IMG/VR virus record: IMGVR_UViG_3300032307_000369
Coordinates: 124,001-188,000 of that record
Strand: one strand, 5' to 3'
Length of the DNA: 64,000 nucleotides
The position numbers and the translations under genes were made by a program. Under the pieces are notes generated by a model that made no database searches, was not told where the DNA came from, and worked only from the letters and a program-made list of their open reading frames with translations. Below are positions 17,167-27,719 of the stretch, in pieces (the stretch's first letter is position 1; each line of letters begins with the position of its first letter).

Positions 17167-18038
17167 TGGATAATTATCACAATCTCATATCAAAAATAAT
17201 TAACGAAGGTTCATTAAAAGAAGATCGAACTGGAGTAGGCACAATTAGTTTATTTGGGGAGCAACTTAGATTTGATTTAAGCAAAGGCTTCCCCGCAATC
17301 ACAACCAAAAAGTTAGCATGGAAAGCTGTAGTTAGTGAACTGCTTTGGTTTATTTTAGGCAGTGGCGACGAACGCAAACTTAAAGAAATTTTGCACGGTG
17401 ATGCGAACAGTGATAAAAAGACCATATGGTCTGAAAATGCCAATGCAGATTATTGGGTCAATAAGCATCAGAAAAAACATAAAGATGACTTAGGTCGAAT
17501 TTATGGAGTTCAGTGGCGTACTTGGAGAGCTCCAGTATTTGGTGTCAACAAGATGGGTGTGCGCCATGTGGACCAACTGCAACAATTACTCAAGGGCATT
17601 AAAGAAGACCCTAACGGTCGCAGACATATTATTACAGCGTGGAATCCAGGAGAGCTTGATTCTATGGCGTTGCCACCATGTCATTGTTTTGCACAATTTT
17701 ATGTAAACAACGGCAAACTAAGTTGTCAAATGTATCAACGTAGTGCAGACATATTTTTGGGAGTGCCTTTTAATATTGCTTCTTATGCATTATTCACACA
17801 TATGATTGCACAATGCTGTGATTTAGATGTGGGTGAACTAATCATTACTTTTGGCGATGTTCATCTGTATAACAACCATTTGGAACAAGCTCAAGAGCAA
17901 TTAGAAAGAGAAGCATTTGATTGCCCCAAGTTGGTATTAAACCCAGAAATAAAGGACATTACAAAATTTGCAATGTCCGATATTAGTTTAGAAAATTATC
18001 AAAGTCACGGTGCAATTTCAGCACCTATGGCAGTTTAA
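17166..18038 (+). CDS. thyA: thymidylate synthase
   Basis: DRTGVGT, ELLWF, YGVQWR, MALPPCH and YQRSADIFLGVPFNIASY motifs. Confidence 0.97.
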   Translation: MDNYHNLISKIINEGSLKEDRTGVGTISLFGEQLRFDLSKGFPAITTKKLAWKAVVSELLWFILGSGDERKLKEILHGDANSDKKTIWSENANADYWVNKHQKKHKDDLGRIYGVQWRTWRAPVFGVNKMGVRHVDQLQQLLKGIKEDPNGRRHIITAWNPGELDSMALPPCHCFAQFYVNNGKLSCQMYQRSADIFLGVPFNIASYALFTHMIAQCCDLDVGELIITFGDVHLYNNHLEQAQEQLEREAFDCPKLVLNPEIKDITKFAMSDISLENYQSHGAISAPMAV

Positions 18039-20089
18039 AGAATTAATGCTTCAATTACTTTAGGACCTTCATCATCGGAGGTTTCTAAAGCCACTGCAAA
18101 TACTCTACTAGCATGAGGCACTGCCATTACAGCATATCCGTTGTCTGATGCAATTAAGTCTTCGCCCTTCTTAATACGTCCAATGACCTTAACTGGTACA
18201 CGACCTTTTAATGCAATGTATGTTCCACCTTCTAATCCACTGTTCATCATGTAAGCAGGATTAGCAGACACTACACCAATTGCACGACAGCCCCAAGTAC
18301 TTGCTGTAACTTCTTTTTCACCACCAATTTTAACAACTGTGCCAACATCGTATTCAGCATCTGTAAGATACTTTTCAGCCAAGTCAGCATAGTTAGCACT
18401 AGTCGCAGTTCCATGTACAATATTGACAAATATATCTGCGGCTGCATCACGTGCAACAATTGTACTTGGTGTGTTTAAAACAGAAGGAACTAGACCGCCA
18501 AGTCTGTCTGAGTTAGTAGCAGTACCTGCAATGTTTCCAACTTGAATAGAACCGTTGGAATCTCTAACTACAATTGTAAAAGGCGTATTGCTTATTGAAG
18601 CGACTCTAGGAACTTGGTTTTGATCTAAAATGGAAATAGACTGTTGTGCAGTTCCTAAAAATTGAACTGCTGACAAGTTGCCATCTGCATCACGAACTGC
18701 TACAGTATTTCTATATGGAGTTGGATTGACACTAGATACCAAACCTGCATAGTCAGTGTTACCAATTCTTATCTTAGAAGCAGTCTCTGATACTCCAGAA
18801 AAAGCACCTCTAAACACAGTACTTGTGCCACTAACGTCAACTGCTATTTGTTGATCAACTGGAGCATTTAAATTAACTACGTTACCATAGTGACTACCAT
18901 TAGTTCTTCCATTAAATACTGGAGTTAATCCACTGATAGTCAATACTTCAGTATTGTCATTTTTTACAATATTACCATTGACATTCCCCACTAGTCTACC
19001 AACAAATCCAGCACTGGCAGATACAGTTGTTCCTTCTACCTTTCCTCTAAATGCCGCATTACCAACTGGCAGACTAGGATCATCAACTGCAACAAAATTA
19101 CTTGCAATAACATTTTTAATTTTTCTAGTGTTTGTGCCAAGACTAAATGTACTATCTGTTTCTGGAATTATGCCAGTGTTATCAATTGCAATAACTTTTC
19201 TAAGTGTTCCAGAAACAGTTACGCCTAAACTAAAATTAGACCCAGTTATATTATTAAGATATGCTGTTCCAGCATTGTAACCTAAAAAGAAATTATCCGA
19301 GCTTCCTAAGAATAAACCCTTAACATTTGAAAATGTTCCATTATTATTAAGAGACGGTTCTACTCTAATAGATAAACTGGTATTCATAATTTGATTACCA
19401 GTTCCTGTATTTTGTACAAAATTTGCCGCAGGAATTTCTACATTGTTCACTAGCAACGATTCTGAAGTTTTAGCCATGCCCCCAAATTTAATATTTGGGT
19501 AATTTGTTCTTGAAGGTAATGTAACACCTTTAAAAATTTTACCAAATCCTGTTATAGGAGTTTGTGTTGAATCAATATCAAACTCGTCTTTAGAAAATAT
19601 AGTAGTAATAGTGTCTTCAAACTGTGAAGCTAACACTGTATGGCGATTTCCGCCAGTATCAATCAATATCTTAGACACTAATTGTGCCGCATTTGGATTA
19701 ACCAACAACGGTCCAATTAATTTATGTTCAGTACCATTATAAGCAAACAGTTGGCTTGTTGTAGTGTTAAACCACAAATCCCCTGCTAGTTGACCTGTTG
19801 GAGCTGTTGCGCTATGTTCAATAGTGCCCAACGGCTTAAATTCAACTCCGTTATAAATTTTAATTTTTTTAACACTGGTATCAAACCAAAGTTGTCCAGT
19901 AATTTTATTTGTTGGTTCTACAGAATTAGCAAAATTTTCTAATAGATATACTAAACTCTCGTTTAATGATTTTCCGTATCCAGAATAGTTTTTTCCAGGC
20001 AAATTGAGATCTGTAGAAATGTTATCTACAGAACCATCCTGTATTATAGCTATTGTTTGACCGTTAAATTTCTTTATTGTATATGGCAT
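18035..20089 (-). CDS. tail fibre protein with probable C-terminal autocleaving chaperone domain
   Basis: Shared fibre N-module (GKNY.GYG...LLENFA...GQLWFD) and a YADLAEKY...ALKGRVPVKV C-terminal domain. Confidence 0.75.
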   Translation of the reverse strand: MPYTIKKFNGQTIAIIQDGSVDNISTDLNLPGKNYSGYGKSLNESLVYLLENFANSVEPTNKITGQLWFDTSVKKIKIYNGVEFKPLGTIEHSATAPTGQLAGDLWFNTTTSQLFAYNGTEHKLIGPLLVNPNAAQLVSKILIDTGGNRHTVLASQFEDTITTIFSKDEFDIDSTQTPITGFGKIFKGVTLPSRTNYPNIKFGGMAKTSESLLVNNVEIPAANFVQNTGTGNQIMNTSLSIRVEPSLNNNGTFSNVKGLFLGSSDNFFLGYNAGTAYLNNITGSNFSLGVTVSGTLRKVIAIDNTGIIPETDSTFSLGTNTRKIKNVIASNFVAVDDPSLPVGNAAFRGKVEGTTVSASAGFVGRLVGNVNGNIVKNDNTEVLTISGLTPVFNGRTNGSHYGNVVNLNAPVDQQIAVDVSGTSTVFRGAFSGVSETASKIRIGNTDYAGLVSSVNPTPYRNTVAVRDADGNLSAVQFLGTAQQSISILDQNQVPRVASISNTPFTIVVRDSNGSIQVGNIAGTATNSDRLGGLVPSVLNTPSTIVARDAAADIFVNIVHGTATSANYADLAEKYLTDAEYDVGTVVKIGGEKEVTASTWGCRAIGVVSANPAYMMNSGLEGGTYIALKGRVPVKVIGRIKKGEDLIASDNGYAVMAVPHASRVFAVALETSDDEGPKVIEALIL

Positions 20090-20120
20090 GTCAACTCTCA
20101 GTTATTTCTAATATTTACCA

Positions 20121-20585
20121 TTAAACTACTTTCTTAGAAAGCATGGCATTTTCTTGTTCTTTTGATACCCAAGTGTATGCTTCTGAATTACTTGAGTATG
20201 CTTGTACCTTTTGTAAATGTTCTTGTCTAACTGCTTTCAAAAAGTCCCTCATAGCCACAAATTCTGGTGTCTTTTCAGTGGCATTTTTATCCAGCATGTC
20301 CACTAAAATATTCAGTTGCTTGTGTATTGAATAGGTCTCTAAAACTTTTAAATTGGTAGCGTAATTTAACGTAGATTCAGTAACAACTGGTTTATCAAGT
20401 CTAGACATTACTCGTCCAGTTGCATAGTCACCACTCCAGTATTCTTGATTCGCAGTGTCAATACTTACGTCTCTAACGTAAAATTTAGACAGGTCCAACA
20501 CTGATTCGTCAGTGTCAGCAGTAACCTCACCAATAAGAATTCCTGTAGATTTTAAAAACAATAATTTTCTATTTTCTTTTGCCAT
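20121..20585 (-). CDS. hypothetical protein, possible tail fibre assembly chaperone
   Basis: Lies between fibre genes; YSIHKQLNIL helical C-terminus. Confidence 0.5.
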   Translation of the reverse strand: MAKENRKLLFLKSTGILIGEVTADTDESVLDLSKFYVRDVSIDTANQEYWSGDYATGRVMSRLDKPVVTESTLNYATNLKVLETYSIHKQLNILVDMLDKNATEKTPEFVAMRDFLKAVRQEHLQKVQAYSSNSEAYTWVSKEQENAMLSKKVV

Positions 20586-21076
20586 TATATTCCCCAACTT
20601 AATACAAGACTATATTTTGGTTGTTCGTCCTGTCCAATCTCTGTTACTTCGTGTTCAATATGAATAGGCATTTCTAAATACGCTCCAGGTTCTTCTTCAA
20701 CAAAGTTCCTGTTGCCTTCTTTATCATACCAAACAAAATGAGGCTTATCACTTCTTAAAAATATCAACTTAAACTTCCAATATGCTCCTTGAGAATCTTT
20801 GTGTCTTTTTAAAAAATCTCCTGAATCATATCTGTTAATCACAAAACCTGTAGCAGTTTTATCTTCATCACTTAACGTTTTAAAAATAGCTGCCTTTAAT
20901 TCTTCACTCATATTAAAATAAAAAAGAGATTTCATTTGACTATCTCCATATGTTGTAGAAAAATTATATTTTTCATTTGGCTGTCTTAAAGAAAAATTAT
21001 GTTTTTCTTTTTCTGCCAATTCTATAATTTCGCTAGCATTAGTCAAATAATTCTTAATTAAATTAACCTGATACAT
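20585..21076 (-). CDS. 2OG-Fe(II) oxygenase
   Basis: INRYDSGDFLKRHKD (HxD)...HEVT...KYSLV motifs. Confidence 0.75.
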   Translation of the reverse strand: MYQVNLIKNYLTNASEIIELAEKEKHNFSLRQPNEKYNFSTTYGDSQMKSLFYFNMSEELKAAIFKTLSDEDKTATGFVINRYDSGDFLKRHKDSQGAYWKFKLIFLRSDKPHFVWYDKEGNRNFVEEEPGAYLEMPIHIEHEVTEIGQDEQPKYSLVLSWGI

Positions 21077-22979
21077 ATTCCCAACTTGTTCTTCCTGCAT
21101 TGACTCTGTAGACTAAATCGTTATTTCTTGTAGGATTGTTAACTGTTGTGACTACGTTTACACTACTCACATAGTGTATACTAATAAAACTTCCATATGA
21201 CGCACTTGTTGTAGTAGAAATGTTTTGTATTGTTGAAGCAACTCTGCACACTGTTAGTGGAATCAAATTTGTAACTGGTGCTAGTGAATTCAAAAGTTCA
21301 ACAACTGAACCTGCTCCTGACCCTGTCTCATTTAATCCTCTAGTATCTAAACTAAAAAATAAAGGTTTACTTTGTACCAAAGTATCAACATATTCTTTTG
21401 TAACAGCATGTCTTGAATCAATTGGATCAGCTGCCAATGTCAATGGTCCAGCAAGTGTTCCGCCTAGCAATGACAATCTAGTAGAATCTGTTATCACAAT
21501 ACTTTCACTACCATCAAATGACACACCGTTTATGGTTCTTGGAACTGATAGTGTTGATGCTGAACTTGCATTTCCAGTTAATGTACCAATAAACTCTCTG
21601 GTAACATTATTAATTACTACTTGCCCATTTGATGCAAGTACATTTCCAGTTATATTACCGGTTACGTTGCCTGTAACATTGCCAGTTACGTTGCCCGTAA
21701 CGTTGCCAGTTACGTTTCCTGTAACATCGCCAGTCACATCACCAGTCAAGTTACCAATTACGTTTCCTGTAACATCACCAGTTGTATTACCTTGCAGACT
21801 ACCAACAAGTTTACCGTAAAATTCAGTAGTAGACTTTGTTAAATCAACTACTGTTGTAAGACCGTCTCTAGTATAAACTTTGTCTAGTTTAGCATTATCA
21901 CCATTTATATTGCCAATAACGTTTCCTGTCACTGTACCAGTTAAGTTACCGTTTAAACTAGTAGAATATACTGCGTTAAAAGGCCCTGCTGCCGAACCAA
22001 TATCAACAGTGCTCAATGGTTTAACAACTGTTTTGTTAGTTAATCCACTGTCAAAAGATATTACATCTCTAATTGGTTCAAAAGGTTCTGCGCAAGTAAT
22101 TACTAACCGTGTGCCAGTATAAACAATATGGCCATCTAAATCTTCGTCAGCATTTGATCCTGTGTAATTTCCAATCTTAACTAGATATTGTGCATTATCG
22201 TTGTCTCTAATACCTGCATGTACGTGTTCCTTAGTCCAAATGCTAGATTGCATTTCCTGTACTAACGAACTATCAGTTCTAACAAAACTTTCTGATGTAA
22301 GTGGACCATCTGTTGGATCTATTAATGCATAAGTTTGATCTACCTTACCATTAATTAAAGATGATCCAACCAAATTTAAACCTGGTAGTACACTGCCAGG
22401 ATTATCAATATTATCATGTAAGTCTACAATTGGTGTTGTGGGGACAAATGCATATTTTGATACTATCCCAATTAACAAATCATCAACAAATAATTTTAAA
22501 ACTGGATTATTTGATTCAATTGATTCACCATCTTTGATCCCTGGAATGATACTTCCTTCTAATCTACTAGTGCCAAAACCTGGAATACTAGTAGTGACTA
22601 AATCATAATCTGTTCCATCAAACACTTTTAATTCGTTTGAAGTGGTGTTGTACCAAAAGTCGCCCTTCTTAGATGACAGTAATGCAGGTTTAGTTGATGC
22701 TAGTTCAATTCTACCAACCCCTTGCCAAATTTCTGAAGAACTATAAAGTTTTAATTGATTTGTTAAGGTATCATACCATAATTGTCCAACTAAAGGACTG
22801 TCAGGAGGAGTATTTTTAGAAAAGTTTTCTAATAAATGTACAAAATTTTCATTTTGATAAAACCCATAACCAGCAACGTTTCTTCCAACCAAGTTTAAAG
22901 ATACGGTTGAACTGTCTATTGCACCGTCTGGTACATCGACTAATACGCTGTTGTTTGAAAGTTTAATTGAATATGTCAT
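21063..22979 (-). CDS. tail fibre protein
   Basis: Shared fibre N-module, GNVT repeats, PRTINGVSFDGS and HAVTKEYVD fibre motifs. Confidence 0.8.
   Translation of the reverse strand: MTYSIKLSNNSVLVDVPDGAIDSSTVSLNLVGRNVAGYGFYQNENFVHLLENFSKNTPPDSPLVGQLWYDTLTNQLKLYSSSEIWQGVGRIELASTKPALLSSKKGDFWYNTTSNELKVFDGTDYDLVTTSIPGFGTSRLEGSIIPGIKDGESIESNNPVLKLFVDDLLIGIVSKYAFVPTTPIVDLHDNIDNPGSVLPGLNLVGSSLINGKVDQTYALIDPTDGPLTSESFVRTDSSLVQEMQSSIWTKEHVHAGIRDNDNAQYLVKIGNYTGSNADEDLDGHIVYTGTRLVITCAEPFEPIRDVISFDSGLTNKTVVKPLSTVDIGSAAGPFNAVYSTSLNGNLTGTVTGNVIGNINGDNAKLDKVYTRDGLTTVVDLTKSTTEFYGKLVGSLQGNTTGDVTGNVIGNLTGDVTGDVTGNVTGNVTGNVTGNVTGNVTGNITGNVLASNGQVVINNVTREFIGTLTGNASSASTLSVPRTINGVSFDGSESIVITDSTRLSLLGGTLAGPLTLAADPIDSRHAVTKEYVDTLVQSKPLFFSLDTRGLNETGSGAGSVVELLNSLAPVTNLIPLTVCRVASTIQNISTTTSASYGSFISIHYVSSVNVVTTVNNPTRNNDLVYRVNAGRTSWEYVSG
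21640..21790 (-). repeat. 12-bp coding tandem repeat (G-N/D-V-T)n
   Basis: About 12 degenerate units, e.g. gttacgttgcct gtaacattgcca gttacgttgccc on the + strand. Confidence 0.9.
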
Positions 22980-22991
22980 CTAATCGCTCCG

Positions 22992-24761
22992 TTATACTGC
23001 AATGTCTTGTCCAGTTTGGTATACCCATGTTCTTGTTCCTATAACAAGATCACACTGATAAATTCTTACTACTCGTGTTACAGTTGGTGTTGTTGATCCG
23101 TTTGTATAAGATAGACATAATGCTCTAACAACATCGCCAACATTGACCGATAGTGCAGGTATTAGTGCGTCAATTTGTGCAATGGCATCAGTTGCAGGAG
23201 TTGCAAGACCTGTTGTATCAACTGTTACGTAATTTAGAGACGTTTTAACATCATCAACATATTCCTTGTTCGCCGCATCAAACTGTAACGACGGGGCATC
23301 TACGTTTGCAATTCTAGCTCTAGTAGTAAGTTCAATTATTCTACCAGTTCCTAAAGTAATAACAAGATTAGAAGCTGGATCTACTGTTATTTCATTATCA
23401 GTAAATGTAAATTCGGCTGCTTGTAGGTCTGATAAATGTCCAACATTTGTTAAACTACTGTTTACTACATTACTGCCTAATGTTGTGGAACTTAAAACTT
23501 GATTATTTCCAATATACAAACTGTTTGTTGAAGGAATTTTAAAATTGTCATTGACTTCCCATGCTGGTAAAGTTACTAAAGGTGATACTGTAACTGTAAT
23601 TCCAGACTTCATCCATCTTAATAATTTAGTTGTAGCTCCGTAGACAGTTAATCCTGCGCCATCTGCTGTAGTATCTGAAGGTGTTGAAACTACTGCAAGC
23701 TCAATATTTTTATCAGTAATCTGTAATGTAGTAGAATTAGTAAACTGTGTTTCACCTACTACAAGTAAATTGCCTTCAATAGTAACATCTCCATTGACAT
23801 TTAACTGTGGAGTATCTCCTGGAAGAGTATTCCAAGTGTCGTTAGGATAAATGTTGATTGACTTGTTTATTGGGTCAATCATTAATGAATTTTGAAATCC
23901 ATTAGATGTTCGAGTTTGGATTGTTAACTTGTTGTTAACCCCGTTATTTGTCAAATAGGTGTGATAATTGCCGCTTTCTGGCTCTATATATAGTGCTACA
24001 CCAGTGTCTGTTGCTGAAATTATTAATCCATCAAGACTTGTTAGCGTTAAACTTCCATCAATACTAGAATTTTTATCACTTCTAACAAACTTAGTAGATA
24101 TCAAGTTCCCATCAACTGGGTCGATTAAAGCTGTTGCTGACTGTGAAGGTGCATTTATGTTGTTATCTACAACACTAGTACTGAAAGATAATCCTGCTTT
24201 GAGTTCCTCAATGCCTGTCGTAAAACCTGAAATTGCAATTAGGGGCACAAAAGCACTAGGGTTTAGTATAGCCATTTTTACATTTGACACATACATGACT
24301 GCTACTACTCTAGAATTTCCCCTAGTATCAATAATTTCTTCTACTATCCAACCTGTTTTACCTTGACTTGATGTATAAATTGGTCCAGCAGTTACTAAAT
24401 TAGATCCATCAAAAAACTTTAACTGTTGGCTAGCATTGTCAATCCATAGATCGCCTTCAACCAAGTTAGCTGGTCTACTTGTACCAACAAATGGACTACC
24501 AACAGGTCTCCAATTTGTTCCATCAAAAACATTTAATTTACTTGTGTTAGAATTAAACCACAACTGCCCTTTAATTTGATTATTTGGTGGACTTGAATTT
24601 GAAAAATTTTCTAATAAGTGTACCAAGTTGGAATTATAAATTTCTCCAATACCTTTGAAATTTTTACCAATCAGTTTTAAAGAGGTGCTAGAACTATCAA
24701 CTGTACCATCTGTTACAGTTGCTACTATATTACCGTCTGTTTTTTTTATTACGTATGGCAT
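22992..24761 (-). CDS. tail fibre protein
   Basis: Shared fibre N-module; DAANKEYVD motif. Confidence 0.8.
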   Translation of the reverse strand: MPYVIKKTDGNIVATVTDGTVDSSSTSLKLIGKNFKGIGEIYNSNLVHLLENFSNSSPPNNQIKGQLWFNSNTSKLNVFDGTNWRPVGSPFVGTSRPANLVEGDLWIDNASQQLKFFDGSNLVTAGPIYTSSQGKTGWIVEEIIDTRGNSRVVAVMYVSNVKMAILNPSAFVPLIAISGFTTGIEELKAGLSFSTSVVDNNINAPSQSATALIDPVDGNLISTKFVRSDKNSSIDGSLTLTSLDGLIISATDTGVALYIEPESGNYHTYLTNNGVNNKLTIQTRTSNGFQNSLMIDPINKSINIYPNDTWNTLPGDTPQLNVNGDVTIEGNLLVVGETQFTNSTTLQITDKNIELAVVSTPSDTTADGAGLTVYGATTKLLRWMKSGITVTVSPLVTLPAWEVNDNFKIPSTNSLYIGNNQVLSSTTLGSNVVNSSLTNVGHLSDLQAAEFTFTDNEITVDPASNLVITLGTGRIIELTTRARIANVDAPSLQFDAANKEYVDDVKTSLNYVTVDTTGLATPATDAIAQIDALIPALSVNVGDVVRALCLSYTNGSTTPTVTRVVRIYQCDLVIGTRTWVYQTGQDIAV

Positions 24762-24770
24762 CGTCTATCC

Positions 24771-27020
24771 TTAACCTATTTGAGATGAACCAACACCCGC
24801 CCTAATAATATAGTTAATTGTTAAGTATGGGTTAGTGATAGGAATGTTAAAGTTCCTGTTTAAAGTTTGTCCTGAACCTGGTGAAAATTGAATTTGATCA
24901 GATCCGCTAGAGAATGTATTAAGAGTATGCTGACTTGCACCACCTTCACCACCATTTGTAGATGCTGTAAAGTTTCCAGTTCTGTTTGAAATTCTATCTG
25001 TAGAATTTAATGGAACACTTTCTCTTAGAACAACTAGTGTAAATGTCAGTGTTGCATTGGCTCCAGCAGTAAGTTGATTGTTCAAAACTACTGTGTTTGA
25101 ATTTGGTATACTTGTAACAATTGTTCCTGCTGGAACAGTTGCTTCAGTACTAGTAACTTGCATACCAATAGAAATATTATCAGTATTGGAAACTGTAACA
25201 GATGTTTGACTAGTTTGTCCAACAACAACAGTTTTCTGTACCACAGGATTAGCAAACGAATTTGCCATACCAGCATTACCAAGAGGGAATCTGCCACGTA
25301 AATCAGGAAGTCTAAAATATGTGCCGCCGGCGCCGCTACCGTAAGTAGTTCCAATAGTTTGATAAAGAATAGGATATTCTGTTCTGCTAATTAGAGAACC
25401 ATCACACAGTAAGTATCCTAAAGGAACATTTGAAGCCGCAAATGGGAAAATACTACCAATTGGAACAAATGCCTCTCCTAATAAGAAACTTGTACGGGTC
25501 ACTCTACGTAAACCTACGTTGGATCTATGTATTAAAATAGTATCGTCTGTTCTATTGTCTAGTACTTCTGGTTTTCCTCGTATTGCAGAATCTGCAAGTG
25601 TAGCCCCAATAGTCAATGTCCCGCCTGTTCCATTGAAACTTACTGGAGCAGGACTAGTTAAGTCGCCACCAAGTTGGAAATTAGTTGATACTGCTAGAGA
25701 ACTGGCTGCACCAATTACTGTACCAGTAACTGTTCCAGTGAATGCTCCGCTAAATGCTCCGCTAAATGTATCTGCGTACACTGTTTTAAATCTATTAGTT
25801 GGTGTTCCAATATCATAAAGAGCATTTACTTGTGGTATAATTGCTGGCCCTGCAATTGATCCGCCAAATTCATCTAATTCACCTACACGCAAGTGACCGC
25901 TGGAAGTAATGTTTTTCCCAACATATAAATTCTTTGCAATACCTGCGCCGCCTCTTATTTGCAATGATCCGCTAGTAGCACTTGTGCTATCTAGTATACC
26001 AGTTGTAATTAGATGCCCACTAATAAATGCATCACCATTAACATCTAATTCTGCATTAGGCAATGGATGATTAATACCAACTCGTTTATTTTTTCCGTCA
26101 ATTTTTAAAATAACGTTGTTAGCTCCTTGATATGCAATTACCATATCAATTGAGCCGCCATCTGACGTGTTTTTAATTACTCCAGATCCTTGAACAACTG
26201 CTAGACTTAAATTGTTTGCAGTTCCAATTGTAAGACCTGCGTCATTTAATATAGACTGTTGTCCATAAAATAAGTTCAAAGTGTCTCTTCGAGCAAAATT
26301 ATCAGCTGATACAGTTTCAACACTTGGTGTTAGAACGTTTAAAGCATCTGCTGATGTTGATGATCCGTGAATTTTTGCGCTTGTTGTAGGAACTATAGTG
26401 TCGCCAGGTCCTATAAATTTTTTGCTAGTAATATTAATACCTGGATTTAATTGATTAAATCCTTCAATTGTTTTTTGAGGAATGAAACTTTCTGTTGCAA
26501 TAATTTTTATTGCGCTGTCATTATTGTATTCAATAGTTACAAAATGTTCAATTCCTGAGCTATCTAAAATAGCTTCAACGTATACACCAGACTTTTTACC
26601 AGACAATGCTGATGGACCGACTAATACCCAGTCTGTGCCGTTATATAAATTTAATTGCTGAGTTAATGTATCAACCCAAAGGTCACCTAGCAATGCATTT
26701 GTTGGTCTACCTAATGTAGGAGCAACGTGAGTGCCACCTGCTGGTCTCCAATTATTCGTTCCGCCAGTAGAATCATTAATATACAATCTCTTAGTGCTGT
26801 TATTGTACCATAACTGTCCTTCAATACTGTTGTTTGGGGACAATGGACTAGCAAAATTTTCTAAAAGATGTACAAAACTTTTTGCAACAGCAACACCGTA
26901 ATTAGAATAATTTCTACCAACAAGACTTAGACTGGTACTGGTATTATTTTCAGTTAAATCATTAACGGTTATAGGGTTAGAACTTTTCCCTGGATCACTA
27001 AAAGAAATTGAATACGGCAT
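24771..27020 (-). CDS. tail fibre protein with tail collar domain (short fibre-like)
   Basis: VPIGSIFPFA...YLLCDGS...IGTTYG...FRLPDLRGRFPLG collar motif and NPYLTINYII end. Confidence 0.85.
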   Translation of the reverse strand: MPYSISFSDPGKSSNPITVNDLTENNTSTSLSLVGRNYSNYGVAVAKSFVHLLENFASPLSPNNSIEGQLWYNNSTKRLYINDSTGGTNNWRPAGGTHVAPTLGRPTNALLGDLWVDTLTQQLNLYNGTDWVLVGPSALSGKKSGVYVEAILDSSGIEHFVTIEYNNDSAIKIIATESFIPQKTIEGFNQLNPGINITSKKFIGPGDTIVPTTSAKIHGSSTSADALNVLTPSVETVSADNFARRDTLNLFYGQQSILNDAGLTIGTANNLSLAVVQGSGVIKNTSDGGSIDMVIAYQGANNVILKIDGKNKRVGINHPLPNAELDVNGDAFISGHLITTGILDSTSATSGSLQIRGGAGIAKNLYVGKNITSSGHLRVGELDEFGGSIAGPAIIPQVNALYDIGTPTNRFKTVYADTFSGAFSGAFTGTVTGTVIGAASSLAVSTNFQLGGDLTSPAPVSFNGTGGTLTIGATLADSAIRGKPEVLDNRTDDTILIHRSNVGLRRVTRTSFLLGEAFVPIGSIFPFAASNVPLGYLLCDGSLISRTEYPILYQTIGTTYGSGAGGTYFRLPDLRGRFPLGNAGMANSFANPVVQKTVVVGQTSQTSVTVSNTDNISIGMQVTSTEATVPAGTIVTSIPNSNTVVLNNQLTAGANATLTFTLVVLRESVPLNSTDRISNRTGNFTASTNGGEGGASQHTLNTFSSGSDQIQFSPGSGQTLNRNFNIPITNPYLTINYIIRAGVGSSQIG

Positions 27021-27021
27021 C

Positions 27022-27696
27022 TTAAGTCTCGCTAAATGTTGTTAGTGTCTGGATCCTAACTGTATAATCAATTTGGATCAATCTATTCAGACTCTTTTGA
27101 ACTGGGTGAAAAATAACATGAGTTAGTAATCTACCGTTTCCTGCGATCCCGTCTTCGCTACTGGCTCTAAGACCAATTTCATCAAACACAAAATCACTAT
27201 TCATATCTTGTGCATTATCATAGGCAGCTTGACCATTTGGTTCGCCGTAATCTAATAATACACTACAAAAAATATCAGTATAAACTGTACCGCGCACATG
27301 GCGTATTTCTAAGAAATTTCTAGTAGGATCAATGTTTGACAAGTTCTTTGGGTCAATAATCTTATAATATGTTTGACTATAAAGTCCTGAATTTACCCCA
27401 ATATTATTAGGAGTAAGATATGTTATAAGTCCATTAGGATCTACAGTACTTCCGCCGTTACCAAAGCTCATGCCTTCAATAATTCCATAGCCTTGATTTG
27501 CTAGGCTAGCGGCAAGAGCAACACTCATATTTTCATAATGAATGGCGTTTCTTCTGTCCTCAAATACTTCGTTTGTTTCAGGATCAAAAATTTTAATATG
27601 ACCTTCAATATGGAAGCCTGCATTTTCTTTTATGCCTGATTCTTGAGCATTTTCTTGGGTATTTTCGTTCATTTCCTCAACCTTATTATTTTCCAT
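27022..27696 (-). CDS. virion structural protein (baseplate/fibre attachment region)
   Basis: Within the late structural block; FDEIGL...LLTHVIFHPVQKS. Confidence 0.65.
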   Translation of the reverse strand: MENNKVEEMNENTQENAQESGIKENAGFHIEGHIKIFDPETNEVFEDRRNAIHYENMSVALAASLANQGYGIIEGMSFGNGGSTVDPNGLITYLTPNNIGVNSGLYSQTYYKIIDPKNLSNIDPTRNFLEIRHVRGTVYTDIFCSVLLDYGEPNGQAAYDNAQDMNSDFVFDEIGLRASSEDGIAGNGRLLTHVIFHPVQKSLNRLIQIDYTVRIQTLTTFSET

Positions 27697-27701
27697 AGTA
27701 A

Positions 27702-27708
27702 TATTTAT
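27702..27708 (-). promoter_or_regulatory. late promoter
   Basis: ATAAATA 5 nt before the ATG at 27696. Confidence 0.6.
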
Positions 27709-27719
27709 CCAGTGCTTAA

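Noticed and set aside
17166-18038. ThyA as a pyrimidine hydroxymethylase supplying the glycosyltransferase
   Set aside because: It keeps PFNIASY (the dUMP-specific Asn) and all canonical ThyA motifs, and sits next to a DHFR homologue.
21220-24366. Long + strand ORFs antisense to fibre genes (e.g. 21220-21819)
   Set aside because: Shadow frames produced by codon bias and the GNVT repeat; no SD or promoter.
18035-27020. Diversity-generating retroelement or invertible fibre cassette
   Set aside because: No reverse transcriptase, recombinase or near-identical nucleotide repeats were seen; the paralogy is at protein level only.
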